Source of the DNA: Capsulimonadaceae bacterium | Lineage (GTDB): Bacteria > Armatimonadota > Armatimonadia > Armatimonadales > Capsulimonadaceae | Assembly (NCBI GenBank): GCA_965215505.1 | Contig: OZ244065.1 | Coordinates: 1,248,001-1,312,000, forward strand | Direction of reading: 5' to 3' | DNA: 64,000 nt | Part shown: piece after piece, positions 28,044 to 38,247 of the stretch | Layout: each line of letters starts with the position of its first letter | Position numbering within the stretch: position 1 is the stretch's first letter | Notes under the pieces: generated by a model | The model's database searches: none | Seen by the model: only the letters and a program-made list of their open reading frames with translations | Told to the model about the DNA's origin: nothing | Program-made: the position numbers and the translations under genes

Positions 28044-29627
28044 ATGCGCCCCCGCCTCTTTCTCTTGCTGCCCCCCCTGTTCGCCGCCTGCCTCGCGGAC
28101 CGTCCGCCGGCCGCCCGCGCCCAGGTCGCCCCGTCTGCGGCGGCGACCCGTGCCCTGCCGACCCCGCTGACGCTGGCCGACGCCATCACGATCGCCCTGC
28201 GCCGTCAGCCGACCGGGTACATCGCCCAGACCCAGATCACGTCCGCCAACGGGCAGAAGGTGCAGGCGCGGGCGCGGTATTTCCCCACGCTGACCCCGGA
28301 GTTCCAGTACCAGAACTCGCGGAACACGTTCTACGGCCTCACCACGGGCGGCGGCTCGAACAGCATCGTGACGCCGACGCCGACCGGCGGCACCGGGACA
28401 GGCAGCACCGGGACGGGTACGGGCGGAACAGGCACGGGGACCGGGACGGGCGGCACCGGGACTACGGGGACCGGCACCGGGACCACCGGCACGGGGACCG
28501 CCGGAACGACCGGCACGACGGCCACGGGCGGGCAGACGACGCAGACCGTCACCGGCCCCCAGAGCCTCGACAGCGTCTCGGTCACGCGCGGCAGCGGCTC
28601 CACGCTGACTCTCGCGCAGACGCTGTTCGACAGCGGCACGCGCGAGTCGATCAACGCCCAGGCCCGGCGCAGCCTCGACGCCGCCCGCTACGGGCGGACG
28701 GACACGCGCCAGCAGATCATCCTGGCCGTCACCAGCGACTTCTACGATCTGCTGCGGGCCGACGACCTGGTGAAAGTCTCGCAGGCCCAGGTGACGCGCG
28801 CCCAACAGACGGTGGACCAGACGCAGGGCCAGATCGATGCCGGGGTGGCCGCCCGCGCCGACATCCTCCAGTCTCAGGCGGACCTCGCCAACGCCCAGGT
28901 GACCCTGCTGCAAAACGAGAGCGCCGTCCGCTCCACCGAGGCGGCGCTGAAGAACGCCATGGCGGTCGAAACCGATGCCCCGCTCCAGCTCGCCACCCTG
29001 GCCGCCGGGGGTGCCCTGCCCCCTCCCCCCGATGCCGGGCCGGAGCGCGCCCTCGACGACTACGTCCGGCAGGCCTACGCCGCCCGCCCGGATCTGCGCC
29101 AGCAGCTCTCGGTCATAGAAGTCAGCCGCCAGAGCGTCAAGCAGGCCCGCATCGCCGCCGGCCCGGCCCTGGCCGGCTCCTACGTCCTGACCTACCAGCC
29201 CCAGAACGACCTGGGCGCGAAAAGCACCGACTCCCAGATCCTCGTCACGGCTTCCTACCCCCTCTTCGACGCCGGGGGGGCGCGCGGGGCCGTCCGGGTC
29301 GCCGAGGCCGGGCGGGACGCCGACCTGGACCGCCTGGAACAGCTCCGCCAGAGCGTCCGGCTGGATGTGGAGCAGAGCTTCTACGACCGCGCGCTGGCCT
29401 TGCAGCGGATACGGCTCTCCCAGGTCGCCGTCCAGGCCGCCCAGGCGAGCTTCGACGCCGCCACCGCCCGCCGCTCGGCGGGTGTCGGAACGGTGCTTGA
29501 CATCACGACCGCCCAGGTCAGTCTGACCCAGGCCCAGAACGGCTACGTCAGCGCCGTGTACGACTTCTACACCGCCGACGCCCGCCTGCGCCGCGCGACC
29601 GGGCAGAACGATGCGAACGTGCCTTGA
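28044..29627 (+). CDS. TolC family outer-membrane efflux protein with Gly/Thr-rich insertion
   Basis: LTLADAITIAL, YFPTL, QTLFDSG, YPLFDAG, AGVGTVLDI..AQ. Confidence 0.9.
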   Translation: MRPRLFLLLPPLFAACLADRPPAARAQVAPSAAATRALPTPLTLADAITIALRRQPTGYIAQTQITSANGQKVQARARYFPTLTPEFQYQNSRNTFYGLTTGGGSNSIVTPTPTGGTGTGSTGTGTGGTGTGTGTGGTGTTGTGTGTTGTGTAGTTGTTATGGQTTQTVTGPQSLDSVSVTRGSGSTLTLAQTLFDSGTRESINAQARRSLDAARYGRTDTRQQIILAVTSDFYDLLRADDLVKVSQAQVTRAQQTVDQTQGQIDAGVAARADILQSQADLANAQVTLLQNESAVRSTEAALKNAMAVETDAPLQLATLAAGGALPPPPDAGPERALDDYVRQAYAARPDLRQQLSVIEVSRQSVKQARIAAGPALAGSYVLTYQPQNDLGAKSTDSQILVTASYPLFDAGGARGAVRVAEAGRDADLDRLEQLRQSVRLDVEQSFYDRALALQRIRLSQVAVQAAQASFDAATARRSAGVGTVLDITTAQVSLTQAQNGYVSAVYDFYTADARLRRATGQNDANVP

Positions 29628-29661
29628 CAATGACTCCTACAGTGTGGGACAATTCCCCACA
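29624..29661 (+). promoter_or_regulatory. Promoter with palindromic operator (toxin-antitoxin type)
   Basis: TTGACA-18 bp-GACAAT, overlapped by imperfect inverted repeats tcctacagtgtggga and tgtggg...cccaca. Confidence 0.55.
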
Positions 29662-29724
29662 TGACGCTCCGGCTTATCGGGACCGGGACTTACGGGCAAT
29701 GGGCTTCATCGAAAGGACAACACA

Positions 29725-30096
29725 ATGGACGACGACAAAACTCCTCCCCGTCCCTCGCGTCTCCTCTTGGCTGACCGTCTGCGTGTCGGCCTGCGGCAAA
29801 CTCTCGCCTACGCACAGGGTGAGGCGGAAGCAAGAGTCACGACGCTGACCATCCCAGACCCGCCACCCGCCTATGACGCCGAGCGCATCCGCGCCCTGCG
29901 GACGGGCCTCGGCTTCAGTCAGCCCTATTTCTCCCACGTCTTGAGCGTGTCCCCCAAAACGGTGCAAAGCTGGGAACAGGGCACGCGCGTTCCGAGCCGG
30001 TCCGCAGCCCGCCTCCTGCAACTGATCGAGAACCCGCACCTGCTGGATGCTCTGCACCGGCCTCAGCAGTCCTCTCATTCGGAAGCGGCTGGTTAG
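29725..30096 (+). CDS. HigA/MqsA-like XRE HTH antitoxin
   Basis: IRALRTGLGFSQPYFSHVLSVSPKTVQSWEQGTRVPS.SAARLL. RBS GAAAGGA. Confidence 0.85.
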   Translation: MDDDKTPPRPSRLLLADRLRVGLRQTLAYAQGEAEARVTTLTIPDPPPAYDAERIRALRTGLGFSQPYFSHVLSVSPKTVQSWEQGTRVPSRSAARLLQLIENPHLLDALHRPQQSSHSEAAG

Positions 30097-30170
30097 CGTC
30101 GGCGTCGGCTTAGAACGGGCAGCATGGCAGCATGTTTGCGGGAGGAGACACATTGAGAAGAGATCAGTCC

Positions 30171-30674
30171 ATGTGGACGCTTACAGCCATCCCGATCGCC
30201 GTTGCTCTTGGCTTCGTCGGTTACTCCCTTTATGGTGTCGCCACAGTGATGACTGACCCGAGCTACTTTCGCTGGGATCGCGCTCATCATCTGGCGCATG
30301 GCTATCGCTTTCGGCAGCCCAACTACCTCTACCGCCTTCGTCTCGGCCTGTTGCAATATGCCCAGCACCACCAAGGGAACTTGCCGCCGATGCAGAACGC
30401 CGCGATAGCCCAGCGGGCGTTGATGCCCTACATCAATCATGTCAGACCGTTTTACAACATCACGACGGGCCGCCCCCTGATTCCGAACGCCAGCCTCTCC
30501 AACCGAAACTACCGCAGCATCATCAACGGCAGCAGTCTGATTGCCTTCTACGATCCGCAGCCGCCGGAAGGCTATCCCGAGGTCTATTATGTGACGGTCA
30601 GCGGCCATGTGGACCATGTCGGCTTGCGTCGCTGGCTGGTGACGCGGCGGGCATTAGGGGTTTCAGCCCAATGA
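30171..30674 (+). CDS. Hypothetical membrane-anchored protein
   Basis: N-terminal TM. LGLLQYAQHHQGNLPPM and the C-terminal SGHV weakly recall the DUF1559 core. Confidence 0.55.
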   Translation: MWTLTAIPIAVALGFVGYSLYGVATVMTDPSYFRWDRAHHLAHGYRFRQPNYLYRLRLGLLQYAQHHQGNLPPMQNAAIAQRALMPYINHVRPFYNITTGRPLIPNASLSNRNYRSIINGSSLIAFYDPQPPEGYPEVYYVTVSGHVDHVGLRRWLVTRRALGVSAQ

Positions 30675-30774
30675 TCACCGCCAATAATATCCCGAGGATG
30701 CACGAATCGGCAGGATTGTTGATATAACACAAGATAGCATAATATAAAATACTATTTCATGTTATACTAATTTT

Positions 30775-32268
30775 ATGAGCCAGTTCATCGTCAAGCCTGA
30801 CCCGTTCTTTAACCGGGCGGATGAGATCGCCGCCCTGAACCGGGCCTGGCATCGGCCTGGAGCGGGCGGGCAGATGGCGATGCTGTACGGGCGGCGGCGC
30901 TTGGGCAAGACTTACCTGCTTCAACACTTCTTTGCTGACGGCCCGCCGAAGGCGCACTGCTACTACCTCGCTGACCAGACCACGGCGGTCAGCCAGAGGC
31001 GGGAACTCGCAGCGCAAGTGCTGGACGCGCTGCCCGATCCCGGCGTCTCGGGGCCGGAAGAGATCGCGGTCAGTTGGAACGCCCTCTTTCGCTATGTCTC
31101 GCAGGCCTGCCGCAGCCGGGCGGGAAAAGAAACGACGCGCTTCGGGCTGATTCTGGACGAGTTCCCTTACCTCGTGGATCAGTCACCCGAACTGCCTTCC
31201 ATTCTGCAATCCTGGTGGGACCGAGAGGGCCTGCATTCGCCGCTGTTCGTCATCCTCTGCGGCTCACAGCTCTCCGCAATGGCGGCATTGGGCGAGGCAA
31301 GCCAGCCATTGTACGGGCGCTTCAACGCCGGCATCCTGAAGCTCGCACCGCTGCGCTATGACGAAGTCGCCCAATTCTACGCCGGACACCGGCACTATGG
31401 GCTGTCTGAGACGCTGATGATGTACGGCATTCTGGGCGGGACGCCGCGCTATCACGCGCTGATTAACCCAACCCAGCCGGTGGCGGGGGAGGTCGTGGAC
31501 ACCTTGCTGCGTCCGCAAAGCCCATTAGAGAACGAGGTGCGCTTCCTGCTCGGCAGCCAGCAGATCCGGGAGCCGGCACCCTACAACGCAATACTAGGCG
31601 CGATCGCGTCCGGGACGCTGCAATACGGCGAGATACTGAACGCGACGGGGGTGGAGCAAGGCTCGTTCGCGCGTTACCTGCGCGTACTGGCCGAGCTAGG
31701 CTGGATACGAAGGGAACTGCCATTTGGCGAGACGAGTGACCGCCGGGCGCTGTACCAAGTGGCGGACCCGTTCCTGGCCTTCTGGTATCGTTTCGCCGTA
31801 CCTCTCGCCAGCGAGTTGCAGTTCTCGGACCCGATGCGCGTCTATGCCGAACGGGTCGCCCCCTTCCTGCCGGGCTACATGGGGTGGCACGTCTTCGAGG
31901 AGATCTGTCACCAGTGGCTCCAGCGCCATGCGCGGGAGCGGCTGGGGCTGACGATCCGGGAGATGGGGCGCTACTGGAGCCGAGACGGGCAAGTGGAGAT
32001 AGATGTCATGGCGAAGATGGACGATACCTACCTCTATGGCGAGTGCAAGTGGAGCGGCAGTCGGCCTGTCGGGCTGGATGTTTACAACTCCTTGCAAGGC
32101 AAAGTGGCGCGGCTGCCGAGCGCAGAGATGCGGCGCGAAGCCAGCTTTGTTTTATTTTCCATAGGAGGCTTCGTACCGGAACTGGAATTCATGGCCGCAA
32201 ATGCCGAGAACCGCCTGCACCTTATCGGACCGGCAGACTTCCTGCCGGGGACGAAGGACACACAATGA
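30775..32268 (+). CDS. Archaeal-type P-loop ATPase + wHTH + DUF234 PD-(D/E)XK nuclease domain
   Basis: [45 protein letters not shown]...GECKW. Confidence 0.9.
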   Translation: MSQFIVKPDPFFNRADEIAALNRAWHRPGAGGQMAMLYGRRRLGKTYLLQHFFADGPPKAHCYYLADQTTAVSQRRELAAQVLDALPDPGVSGPEEIAVSWNALFRYVSQACRSRAGKETTRFGLILDEFPYLVDQSPELPSILQSWWDREGLHSPLFVILCGSQLSAMAALGEASQPLYGRFNAGILKLAPLRYDEVAQFYAGHRHYGLSETLMMYGILGGTPRYHALINPTQPVAGEVVDTLLRPQSPLENEVRFLLGSQQIREPAPYNAILGAIASGTLQYGEILNATGVEQGSFARYLRVLAELGWIRRELPFGETSDRRALYQVADPFLAFWYRFAVPLASELQFSDPMRVYAERVAPFLPGYMGWHVFEEICHQWLQRHARERLGLTIREMGRYWSRDGQVEIDVMAKMDDTYLYGECKWSGSRPVGLDVYNSLQGKVARLPSAEMRREASFVLFSIGGFVPELEFMAANAENRLHLIGPADFLPGTKDTQ

Positions 32269-32990
32269 TCACCGTCAAAGACATCGTGAAGACCTATAAG
32301 ACCGGCAACATGGACCTGACCGTCCTGAAGGGCATCTCGCTGCACATCGCGGCAGGGGAGATGGTGGCGATCATGGGGCCGTCGGGGTCGGGCAAGTCCA
32401 CGCTGATGAACATCATCGGCTGTTTGGACAAGCCCACGTCGGGGTCGTACACCCTGGATGGGGAGGAAGTGGCGCGGCTGGACGAGGGCGCGCTGGCGCG
32501 CATCAGGAACCGCAAGATCGGGTTCGTCTTCCAGCAGTTCAACCTGCTGGCCCGGACGAGCGCGCTGCGGAACGTCGAGCTGCCGATGGTCTACTCGGGC
32601 GTCGGCGGGCGCGTGGGCCGGGCGACGCGCGCCCTGGCGCGGGTGGGGCTGGCGGACCGGATGGACCACAAGCCGAACCAGTTGTCGGGCGGCCAGCAGC
32701 AGCGGGTCGCCATCGCCCGTGCCCTGGTCAACGAGCCGTCCCTGCTGATGGCCGACGAGCCGACGGGGGCCTTGGACACGAAAACGGGCGAGGAGATCAT
32801 GGCGCTATTCCAGGACCTGCACCGGGAGGGGAAGACCCTGGTGGTGGTGACGCACGAGGACGACATCGCCCGGCACTGCGAGCGGATCGTCAGGTTCCGG
32901 GACGGCGAAATCGTCAGCGACGAGCCGGTAGGAGACCGGCTCCTGGCCGGGGACGGCGTCACTGCCGCTACTCATAGCGCAGGGCGGTGA
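32265..32990 (+). CDS. MacB/LolD-type ABC transporter ATP-binding protein
   Basis: [41 protein letters not shown] overlap with the upstream gene. Confidence 0.93.
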   Translation: MITVKDIVKTYKTGNMDLTVLKGISLHIAAGEMVAIMGPSGSGKSTLMNIIGCLDKPTSGSYTLDGEEVARLDEGALARIRNRKIGFVFQQFNLLARTSALRNVELPMVYSGVGGRVGRATRALARVGLADRMDHKPNQLSGGQQQRVAIARALVNEPSLLMADEPTGALDTKTGEEIMALFQDLHREGKTLVVVTHEDDIARHCERIVRFRDGEIVSDEPVGDRLLAGDGVTAATHSAGR

Positions 32991-34188
32991 TCGGGTCCAG
33001 CCGGGCGGCCCGGAAGGCGGGGTAGATGCCGAAGAATAGGCCGACGCCGACGGCGAAGCCGAAGCCGAGTTCCGTGGCCCAGAACGGGACGAAGGTCGGC
33101 AATACTTTATGGGCGAAGTGGTCAATCAGCTTCGCCAGGCCGTAGCCGCACGAGACGCCGATCAGACCGCCCAACCCCGACACGACCATCGCCTCCACGA
33201 CGAACTGCAATAGGATGGCCCCGCGCGTCGCCCCGACCGCCTTGCGGATGCCGATCTCGCGCGTCCGCTCCGTCACCGAGACGAGCATGATGTTCATGAT
33301 GCCGATGCCGCCGGTCAGCAGGGCAAGCCCCCCCACCCCGCCCAGCACGAGCTGGATGCCGTTCAGCAGGGTGTCGAGCTGCTTCAGGATGCCCTCCTGC
33401 GTGTCCACGACGAAGTCCTTGTAGTTCAGGGGGTGGCGCATCTTGAGGACGCTCCACACCTGGTCCGCCGCCCCCTCCACCTGCGCGATCTCGTGGGAGC
33501 GGGTCGAGAAGCTGCTGATCTTGTCGCTGCCGGTGAAACGCTTCTGCACCGAGGTCAGCGGCGCATACAGGGCGTTGTTGAAGTCCTGGCCGCCCCCGCC
33601 CCGGTCCTTCTCCTCGATCAGCCCGACGACGGTCAGGGAAACGTCGGAGCCGTCCCCGGTCGTACAGCGTATCTCTTTGCCCAGCGGATCGGTATTGCCG
33701 AACAAATCCTGTTTGACCTTGTGGCCGATGACGCAGGCTTTTGCCCAGGCGGCCACGTCGTCCGCGCTGACGAAGCGGCCCTCGGCCAGCGGCAGGTTTT
33801 GCGTCTGGTTGTAGGTGTCCAGCACGCCGGTCAGGGTGAGCGAGCGGCGGTTACTGCCGACCTGGGCGACGACGGAGGAGTCGGCGCTGGGGCTGACCGC
33901 GCCGATCATGGGGCAGCGCGCCTCGACCGCCCGCGCGTCCTCCATCGTCAGGCCCGCGAAGCCGCCGCGCTGCACGGTCCCCAGCTTCGGCTGGTAGGAG
34001 GCGAAGATGAGGTTGGCCCCGTTGCCGGCGAACTGGTCTAGAATCTGCTGCCGGATGCCCTGGACGATGGCGATCATCACGATGACGGACATGACGCCGA
34101 TGATGACGCCGAGCATGGTCAGCAGGGCGCGCAGCTTGTTCGCCCACAGCGCGGCGAGGGCGACCCGGATGGACTCAAAGAAGATCAT
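32968..34188 (-). CDS. MacB/FtsX-type ABC transporter permease
   Basis: [56 protein letters not shown]. Confidence 0.93.
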   Translation of the reverse strand: MIFFESIRVALAALWANKLRALLTMLGVIIGVMSVIVMIAIVQGIRQQILDQFAGNGANLIFASYQPKLGTVQRGGFAGLTMEDARAVEARCPMIGAVSPSADSSVVAQVGSNRRSLTLTGVLDTYNQTQNLPLAEGRFVSADDVAAWAKACVIGHKVKQDLFGNTDPLGKEIRCTTGDGSDVSLTVVGLIEEKDRGGGGQDFNNALYAPLTSVQKRFTGSDKISSFSTRSHEIAQVEGAADQVWSVLKMRHPLNYKDFVVDTQEGILKQLDTLLNGIQLVLGGVGGLALLTGGIGIMNIMLVSVTERTREIGIRKAVGATRGAILLQFVVEAMVVSGLGGLIGVSCGYGLAKLIDHFAHKVLPTFVPFWATELGFGFAVGVGLFFGIYPAFRAARLDPITALRYE

Positions 34189-34191
34189 GGG

Positions 34192-34683
34192 TCATGCGGC
34201 CTCACCCGCCGTCGTCTTCCGGTACGCCGCGATCCGGGCGAGCAAGTCGTCCGGCAGGTGATAGCCGGTCAGGCGGCTCAGGATGTCCTCGACTTGTTCC
34301 CGGTAGGCCGGAGTCCGCAGGCTCTCTTCAAACCGCATGGCCTCCAGGAGCAGCACGAGGGCTTTATGCAGGCCGGCCTGGGCGGCGACGGTGCGGCTCT
34401 GCGCCTCGTAGACGTCCGCCTGCGCGGCCAGCAGGCGGGCGGCGATGACGCACCGGGCGGGGTCCAGGCCGCCGCCCATGCGGAACAGGTTCAGCAGCGT
34501 CTCGTCGGGCAGCACGGTGAGGGTGGCGAGGTTCAGGCCGGTCATCTTCTTGCAGGCGTCGGCGGCCTCGGTCAGCGCGGCGGCGTACCGCCCGCTCTCC
34601 TTGCCGGTCAGGATGCGGGCGAGGACTTCGGCCAGCATCTCGATCTGCTGCTCGACATAGCCTTTGCGGGAGCGTTGGAACAT
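34192..34683 (-). CDS. Helical hypothetical protein (DUF6483-like)
   Basis: The MFQR..YVEQQIEMLAEVLARI N-terminus is typical of this family. Confidence 0.6.
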   Translation of the reverse strand: MFQRSRKGYVEQQIEMLAEVLARILTGKESGRYAAALTEAADACKKMTGLNLATLTVLPDETLLNLFRMGGGLDPARCVIAARLLAAQADVYEAQSRTVAAQAGLHKALVLLLEAMRFEESLRTPAYREQVEDILSRLTGYHLPDDLLARIAAYRKTTAGEAA

Positions 34684-34692
34684 AGCGTTGCC

Positions 34693-35133
34693 TTATGAGC
34701 GGAAGTCTATCTTCTCGGGGTCTATCCCGGCCTCGGCGTACTTCCGTCTCAGGAAAGCCGCGTCTTCGGGGTAGAACGCTTCCCACCCGCGCGCCTGGAT
34801 GAAAGAAGCGTACTGGATGAGTTTGCTCGCCTGCCAGCTCTCGTAGCCATAGTCTTCCAGTTTCTGGCGGATGACCATATAGTGCAGAGGGTTTGTTTGC
34901 GACAGGTCCCGCAGGGCGCTCGTCGCCTGCTGGCGCAGAGACTCCATCACTGGGTCGGATGCGCGCCGGGCGTAGATGGCGGCTTCGGCTTGCTCGACGT
35001 ACTTCAAACGGGCGGCGTAATATTCTTCATCCAGATGCCGCTCCCGGAGATACTTCTCACGCATCCTGCCGAGTTCCGCCAGCTTGTCGTCTGCGCTAGG
35101 CGGCCCATTCGGCTCCCATACGGCTCTGATCAT
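34693..35133 (-). CDS. Hypothetical protein
   Basis: RBS AGGAGACAAGGG. Fills the operon gap. Confidence 0.6.
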   Translation of the reverse strand: MIRAVWEPNGPPSADDKLAELGRMREKYLRERHLDEEYYAARLKYVEQAEAAIYARRASDPVMESLRQQATSALRDLSQTNPLHYMVIRQKLEDYGYESWQASKLIQYASFIQARGWEAFYPEDAAFLRRKYAEAGIDPEKIDFRS

Positions 35134-35148
35134 CCCTTGTCTCCTGGC

Positions 35149-38100
35149 CTACCCGCCCGGCCCGTCGCTGAAGTTCGTCTTGCGCCGGGCCGTGCCGTCG
35201 AGCGGCGAGACGATCAGGTTCTCGCCCGCGTGCAGGCCCGAAACGATCTCCACGTCGGTGTCGCTCCGCAGGCCCGTGACGATGGTTCGCTTTTCCTGAA
35301 GCCCTGACCCCTTCAAGACCGTCACCTGGCCCTGAGTGCCGGTGAAGGGGATGGCTTCCAGGGGCGCGAGGACGACATGGGCGTGCTTCTGGCTGATGAT
35401 GGCGACGTTGGCACTCATGCCGGAGCGCAGGCGCGGGTCGTAGCGGGCGAAGCCGACCTTGACCGAGAACTTGGAGATCGAGCTGGTGCTGCTCGCGCTG
35501 GTCGTGTCGAAAGCGTTGGTGGAGGCGGGGGCGATCTCCGTCACCGCCCCCGCGAAGGTGGCGTCCGGCAGGGCGTCCACGGTGATGCGGGACGGGGCGC
35601 GGGCGTGGACTTTAGAGATGTCTACCTCGTTGATGCCGACCTTGACCTCCAGGCGGCTGCCGAGGGTGGCGACGAGGGCCTGGGCATCGGAAAAGCCGGT
35701 GGTCGCGCTCTGGACGATCTCGTTCGGCTCCTTGTACTTCTTCAGCACGATGCCCGAGGCGGGGGCGACGATGCGCGTGTCGCTGATGTTCACCTGGAGC
35801 TGCTGGATGTTGCCGCTGATCTGGGCCACGCTGGCGACGGCCTGGGCGATGTCGGACCGCTTCACCGAATCCTGGCCCTGGTTGGCGCGGGCGGCGGCGA
35901 GCTGGGCGCGGGCCGCCGCCACCTGGGCGCGGGCGTCGTTCACGTCCTGGACGCGTGGCCCGGCCTGGGTGAGCAGGAGGGCCTGCTTCGCGGTGGCGAG
36001 GCTGCTGGCGGCGGTGTCCACGGCGACCTGGGCGGTATCGTAGTCGGCCTGGGAGACGAAGCCCTTGCCCAGAAGGCTCTGGCGGCGCTTTTGGGTGCGG
36101 ACGGCGTCGTCATAGGCGATCTGCGCGCGGGAGACGGCTTCTTTCTGCTGGTCCAGCTCCTGGGGGCGCGCGCCCGCCGCCACGGCGGCGAGGTGCGCCT
36201 GGGCGGTGTTCAGGCCCGCCTGGGCCTGGACGATGGCCGCAGCCGTCTGCTTGACCTGCAAGGCGTATTCCGCCTTCGTCTGGGCGAGCCGGGCCTGCGC
36301 CTGACGGAGCTGGGCCTGGTCGCCGGTGAGGGCGGGGTCGATCAGGGAGCGGTCCACGATGGCGATGAGCTGGCCCCTGGTGACGTACTGGCCTTCCTGG
36401 ATGGGGATGGAGAGCAGGCGGCCCGCCGCCTTGCTCTTGACATCTACTTTGTCGGCAGGCTCGATGGTGCCGGTTTCGGAAACCTGGATCACGATGTCGC
36501 CGAGATGGGTCCGCACCGTGCGCGGCGGGGGCGGCGGCTTGTGCAGGGACTTGTTGACCCGCAGGCCCACGGTGAGGCCGAGGCCGAGCAGGACGGCGAC
36601 GATGAGTAGGGGCCGGAGGAGTCGTTTGGCTGTGGTTTTCGTAAACAAAAAGAATGTCCCATCAGGCGGATACGCCCGGTAAGCGCGAGTCGCCGCGCGC
36701 CAGAGCAGCAGATTTACGAAACCACACCCGGCGGCGAAGAGCAGGCACGCCGGTACGGGCGGCATCCCCAGGTTCAACGGGACAGCCAGGAACAGGGCCA
36801 GGACCGGCGTCAGCAGGGTCGCCAGCAGGAACTGCACACCCTGGGCGATCCCGGCCTGGAGTTTGTCCTCCAGGCTCGGGTAGGAAAGCGCGATGGTGTA
36901 TTGTAGCAGGCTAAGGCACAGAGATACAAGGGGCAGGCAAAGAAGGATGCAGGCGGCGAGTACGAAGGCCGAGCCGCCGAAGGACAGCAGGAGCAGCGCG
37001 CAGGTCAGATAGAAGGGCGCGGCGAGCAGGACGCGCGGCAGGACCTCGGCCAGAACGACTGCCCCGGCGGGGAGCGGCAGGGGCCGGATCAGCGGCTCGC
37101 GCAGCAGGGCACGCCGGAAATAGAAGATGCCGCCGCCGATCGTCGTCCCCATGAGGTAATAAAGCGTCGCCATGCCGAGGAGCGCAGGGGCGGTGTCATC
37201 CCGAACGCGCAGGGCGGCGACGGCGACGAGGGCCCCGCCCAGGGCGGGCGAGGCGAAATTCCCGAAGGGCCTCTTGGCCGCCGCCGACAGGTGCGCCCAG
37301 ACGACGGCCCAGACATTGCGCCCGAGAGGCGGCAGGCTCATCGGGGCGCGGGGCCGCTTGGAAGAGGCCGGCCGGAACCACCACTGCCCGTCGCTCATCG
37401 CCTGCTGCGCCCGTGCCAGCCGCTCGGTCGCCCCGGCCGCCGCCTCGTGGAAGTTCACGCTGGGCGCAAGGACCAGGACGAGGGTCAGCCCATAAAAGAG
37501 CGCGAGCTGCCCGCCCGCCATCCAGCCCTTCCCCGCGTTCGTCGCCAGCGCGACATCGGCGGCCAGCCGGCAGGGATAGAACAAGACCGGCAGCAGCCCA
37601 TGCTCCACGGTGCCGGTCAATCCGGCGATGCCGTAACGGCGGCTGAGGAAGACGGCATAGGCGACCAGGAGCGCCGCGGCTCCCAGGTAGACGCGCCGCA
37701 GGGGGACGGAGCGGCCCAGGCCGTAGACCAGGTCCAGGGCGACGGAGAGGTTCTGATACCCGCCCGCGCAGGCGAAAAAGGCCGCCATCAGAGTCCAGAC
37801 CGGCAGCGCGGAGAGCGCCGGACCGGCAGGGTGCTGGAAGACGTTGTAGAGGATGGCGAGCAGGATGCCCGGCGCGGGTGCGAGCAGCTTATAGGCGAGG
37901 ACGAGGCGGCTGGGGAGCGGGGCGAGGAACAGGTAGTCGGTGTCGGACTTGGAATACGTCAGCGTCCCGCCGGCGAAGCCCCGGTCCAGCAGGGCCGCCA
38001 TGAGCAGCGACAGGAGCAGGAAGAGGGCGGCGTGGGCCTCAGCCCTGTGGGCCGGGAGGGAATCCAGAAGAGCCAGGGGGGGCGGGGTCCCCGCCGGCGG

Positions 38101-38247
38101 GTGCGTGACCGTGTGCATGGCCGTGTAGATAAACCCGACCGCCACCAGAGCCGCCAGGACGAGCGGAATCAGCTTGCGGGGGTTGGTTAGGGCGTCGCGC
38201 AGGGTGTTCTTGAGCTGCCACAGCGCGAGCCGGAGGAGGACGCTCAC
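35149..38247 (-). CDS. Fusion: multi-TM putative ABC exporter permease + MacA/HlyD-type periplasmic adaptor
   Basis: N-half has about 12 TMs with SDTDYLFLAPL. C-half has VSETGTIEP..KVDVKSKAAGRL...EGQYVTRGQLIA, a coiled coil, IVAPASGIV and VEIVSGL. Confidence 0.85.
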   Translation of the reverse strand: MSVLLRLALWQLKNTLRDALTNPRKLIPLVLAALVAVGFIYTAMHTVTHPPAGTPPPLALLDSLPAHRAEAHAALFLLLSLLMAALLDRGFAGGTLTYSKSDTDYLFLAPLPSRLVLAYKLLAPAPGILLAILYNVFQHPAGPALSALPVWTLMAAFFACAGGYQNLSVALDLVYGLGRSVPLRRVYLGAAALLVAYAVFLSRRYGIAGLTGTVEHGLLPVLFYPCRLAADVALATNAGKGWMAGGQLALFYGLTLVLVLAPSVNFHEAAAGATERLARAQQAMSDGQWWFRPASSKRPRAPMSLPPLGRNVWAVVWAHLSAAAKRPFGNFASPALGGALVAVAALRVRDDTAPALLGMATLYYLMGTTIGGGIFYFRRALLREPLIRPLPLPAGAVVLAEVLPRVLLAAPFYLTCALLLLSFGGSAFVLAACILLCLPLVSLCLSLLQYTIALSYPSLEDKLQAGIAQGVQFLLATLLTPVLALFLAVPLNLGMPPVPACLLFAAGCGFVNLLLWRAATRAYRAYPPDGTFFLFTKTTAKRLLRPLLIVAVLLGLGLTVGLRVNKSLHKPPPPPRTVRTHLGDIVIQVSETGTIEPADKVDVKSKAAGRLLSIPIQEGQYVTRGQLIAIVDRSLIDPALTGDQAQLRQAQARLAQTKAEYALQVKQTAAAIVQAQAGLNTAQAHLAAVAAGARPQELDQQKEAVSRAQIAYDDAVRTQKRRQSLLGKGFVSQADYDTAQVAVDTAASSLATAKQALLLTQAGPRVQDVNDARAQVAAARAQLAAARANQGQDSVKRSDIAQAVASVAQISGNIQQLQVNISDTRIVAPASGIVLKKYKEPNEIVQSATTGFSDAQALVATLGSRLEVKVGINEVDISKVHARAPSRITVDALPDATFAGAVTEIAPASTNAFDTTSASSTSSISKFSVKVGFARYDPRLRSGMSANVAIISQKHAHVVLAPLEAIPFTGTQGQVTVLKGSGLQEKRTIVTGLRSDTDVEIVSGLHAGENLIVSPLDGTARRKTNFSDGPGG

